From the human T2T-CHM13v2.0 reference genome, Homo sapiens, in assembly GCF_009914755.1 (NCBI RefSeq), contig NC_060934.1: 64,000 nt of DNA. One strand, given 5' to 3'. Under the pieces are notes generated by a model. It saw nothing but the letters and a program-made list of their open reading frames with translations. It was not told the origin of the DNA and did no database searches. A program made the position numbers and the translations under genes. Within the stretch, counting starts at the first letter, position 1. Every line of letters begins with the position of its first letter. Below are positions 61,083 through 64,000 of the stretch, piece after piece.

Positions 61083-62894
61083 GAGTGAGTGGCTTCATCA
61101 CGCCTGAGAGACAGAGGCCAGAAAGCAAAAAGCTTTGACAGCCACACTGCGCAGCACTGATGGGCCTGACCAGGATGGACAGAGAGGCAGATACACCTGT
61201 GTTTGGAGCAATATAATTTTAGAGAGTGAGGCAGTGAAAAACTGGAAAACAACCAAAAATTTAAAAATGAAAAAAGAAAGTGGAGAGAAAAATGACGAAC
61301 AAGAAACAAACAAAAATTCCACGCATTACAGAGAGGAGTGGTTCACGACACCAGCCAATGTTGCAGGTGACATGAAAATTCCCTACATCCTTCAAATATG
61401 ATTTTTTAAAATCCCTGTGAAAAGCCAAATGGCCTATAAATGGGTAAAAGAATAGGTCTTTAAGCCCTCCCCCAAAATGGGGAAAGAGGGGTGTTAAATT
61501 CTTCCTTCACCACGATCTCTATCAGCCATCTAATATTGCAGAGTTATGAGGTGAGAATAATGTACCCAATTGGTGCGGTAATGAAAGGTCCCTGGGCAGA
61601 AACACAGGCTCCATCTGCCCATACACTGTGGACATCTATTTTAACAAGCCTGTGTGTGATTTACTGCCCCGGACTCTCATATTAAACATTTTCAATATCT
61701 TTTAGCAGTTCAATAAAACCTGTTAAAATTAAATTCCAACCACAACTCACTCATCTACACCTTAGGAGGCAAAGGTTATACTAATGTGATCTCTCTTTAT
61801 AGCCCTTGACAAGAAACAAAAGGAAGTCTTTCGCTCTGCATGTACAAAAGTAGTGATCCAAAGGCACAAAGGGGGGTATTTCCTCAATCTACACGTGTAT
61901 GTGTGTGCATGTGCACACACACACACATACACACGTTAAGGTCAATGAATCCAGATTTGGGAATAGGTTTTGCTGCTCAGAGTGTGGCTAAATGAAAACT
62001 CAAGAAAGATCACTTCCAATCTGCTAGACGAAAACCTACAAAGAGGGCCTCAGTTGCAAGTTTCATATGTATGTACACAGACTGATCAAAATTAATATTG
62101 CACTGCATTATTTGAGACCCATTAAAAAGAGACCACCCAGTGGCTAAAATGTTTGAGATAAAACACTTCATCTGGTTGTCATAACCCTTTGTTTAGTGAC
62201 TTATTTAAAACAATAAACACTAAAATATTCAAGACCCGCAGCTTTTATTAGGAGATTTTAAGACTGTTTTTGGGATAATCTGTCATTTTCTGTAGGTCAG
62301 TGGTCTACAGTGTTAATTTATTCAATAAGCAAATATTACAGATAGAATATGCATAGATATTAAGTATATTTCATATATGTAGATATTTATCTAAGTATCT
62401 AATGTATAACAAAACAAAACACACAAAGAATACATGCAGCTGTCCCCAACTGTGGTCAGCGAAACACGGCCTGTATTACTGATGAAAACGTGTAGCCCCT
62501 ACACAGGCTGCCTAAACTTAGGGCCTATCAAACTAGAAGAGGGAGGGAGAGAGGAAATGGAGAAAGTGATCTAAAATCACCGACATAGCAATGGTACTCC
62601 TGGAGTTTAGAAACGTAAAGCATTTCAACTCCTTGTGGGCCTGCACTTACTCGGCATGGAGCTGGACCCTTGATCACCAAAACTGGAAAAACAGATTCCC
62701 TTCTGCATCCACGACCAGGCCTTGCCTGATTTCAAGGAAGTTTAAACAATGGTCAAAACACCCTGCCCAGATGTGGCAGAGACTCCTCCTGCAGGAATGC
62801 AGCTTTTCACATCCAGGTTCCCAACCTCCAAACACCCATGACCAACTATGGCCACAAGTCCCGACCAGAGCATCCTAGTCCACCCTTATCCTCC

Positions 62895-63574
<680 letters not shown>

Positions 63575-63774
63575 TAGATTTTTCTTTTCCAGTATCCCAA
63601 ATCCACAAGTCATCATAATTAGCAGAAGTGATCACTGAGGCAAAATGCCCATGTGATTACCTTTCGGGGTGTACCCACTCAGCCCCTCCTCTCCTGCCCT
63701 TCAACCATCAATCCAACATTTTCCCCTCGAAATGTGGTACAAAAACACAATCACATACGGCCCGAAAAGGTCCG

Positions 63775-63782
63775 TGACGTCA
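63775..63782. promoter_or_regulatory. Full palindromic CRE motif TGACGTCA
   Basis: Exact match, in unique sequence with several retained CpGs; function unproven. Confidence 0.35.
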
Positions 63783-64000
63783 AGGCAAGTACATTGATTG
63801 AAGTAACATGAGAGAGAAGGGGTGGGTGTAGCAAAAACATTCTCAAGGCCAAGTCATCAGCCCTTACCCTTAGGAGGGGGCAGTGATTAAGAGGTGGTAT
63901 GAGAGCCTCGTTTCTCATTTCTATAAGTGCTGGTAAAGGACCTGACCCCACTTCCTTACCTACTGCCTGCCCAGGTAACTGATGCCTACAGCATCACAGG

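Overview
Primate (human-like) genomic DNA that is non-coding and rich in repeats. It has no CpG island, no recognisable protein-coding exon and no RNA gene. It holds about 41 Alu/FLAM elements, six solo LTRs (MLT1J, MER39, MLT1B, THE1D, MLT2A1, MLT1C), L1MA and L1ME fragments, MIR and L2 relics, DNA transposons (MER85, MER2, MER5A, MER58A, MER91, Charlie-like, Arthur1-like) and several microsatellites. The + strand looks A-rich, and the L1s and five of the six LTRs lie on +, which suggests a large intron of a gene transcribed on the minus strand; I cannot name that gene. The supplied ORFs either derive from repeats or resemble no protein I recognise. Repeat family names come from recalled consensus sequences and need RepeatMasker/Dfam confirmation. 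I found no well-supported novel biological system. The most unusual structures are: (i) a ~500-bp local templated duplication sitting inside the TA tract of an MLT2A1 LTR, beside a compound microsatellite apparently born from that LTR; (ii) a MER85 with intact terminal repeats and the CSB-PGBD3-binding palindrome; and (iii) a cluster of candidate minus-strand micro-exons at 16.2-17.2 kb that would splice into a short in-frame ORF.
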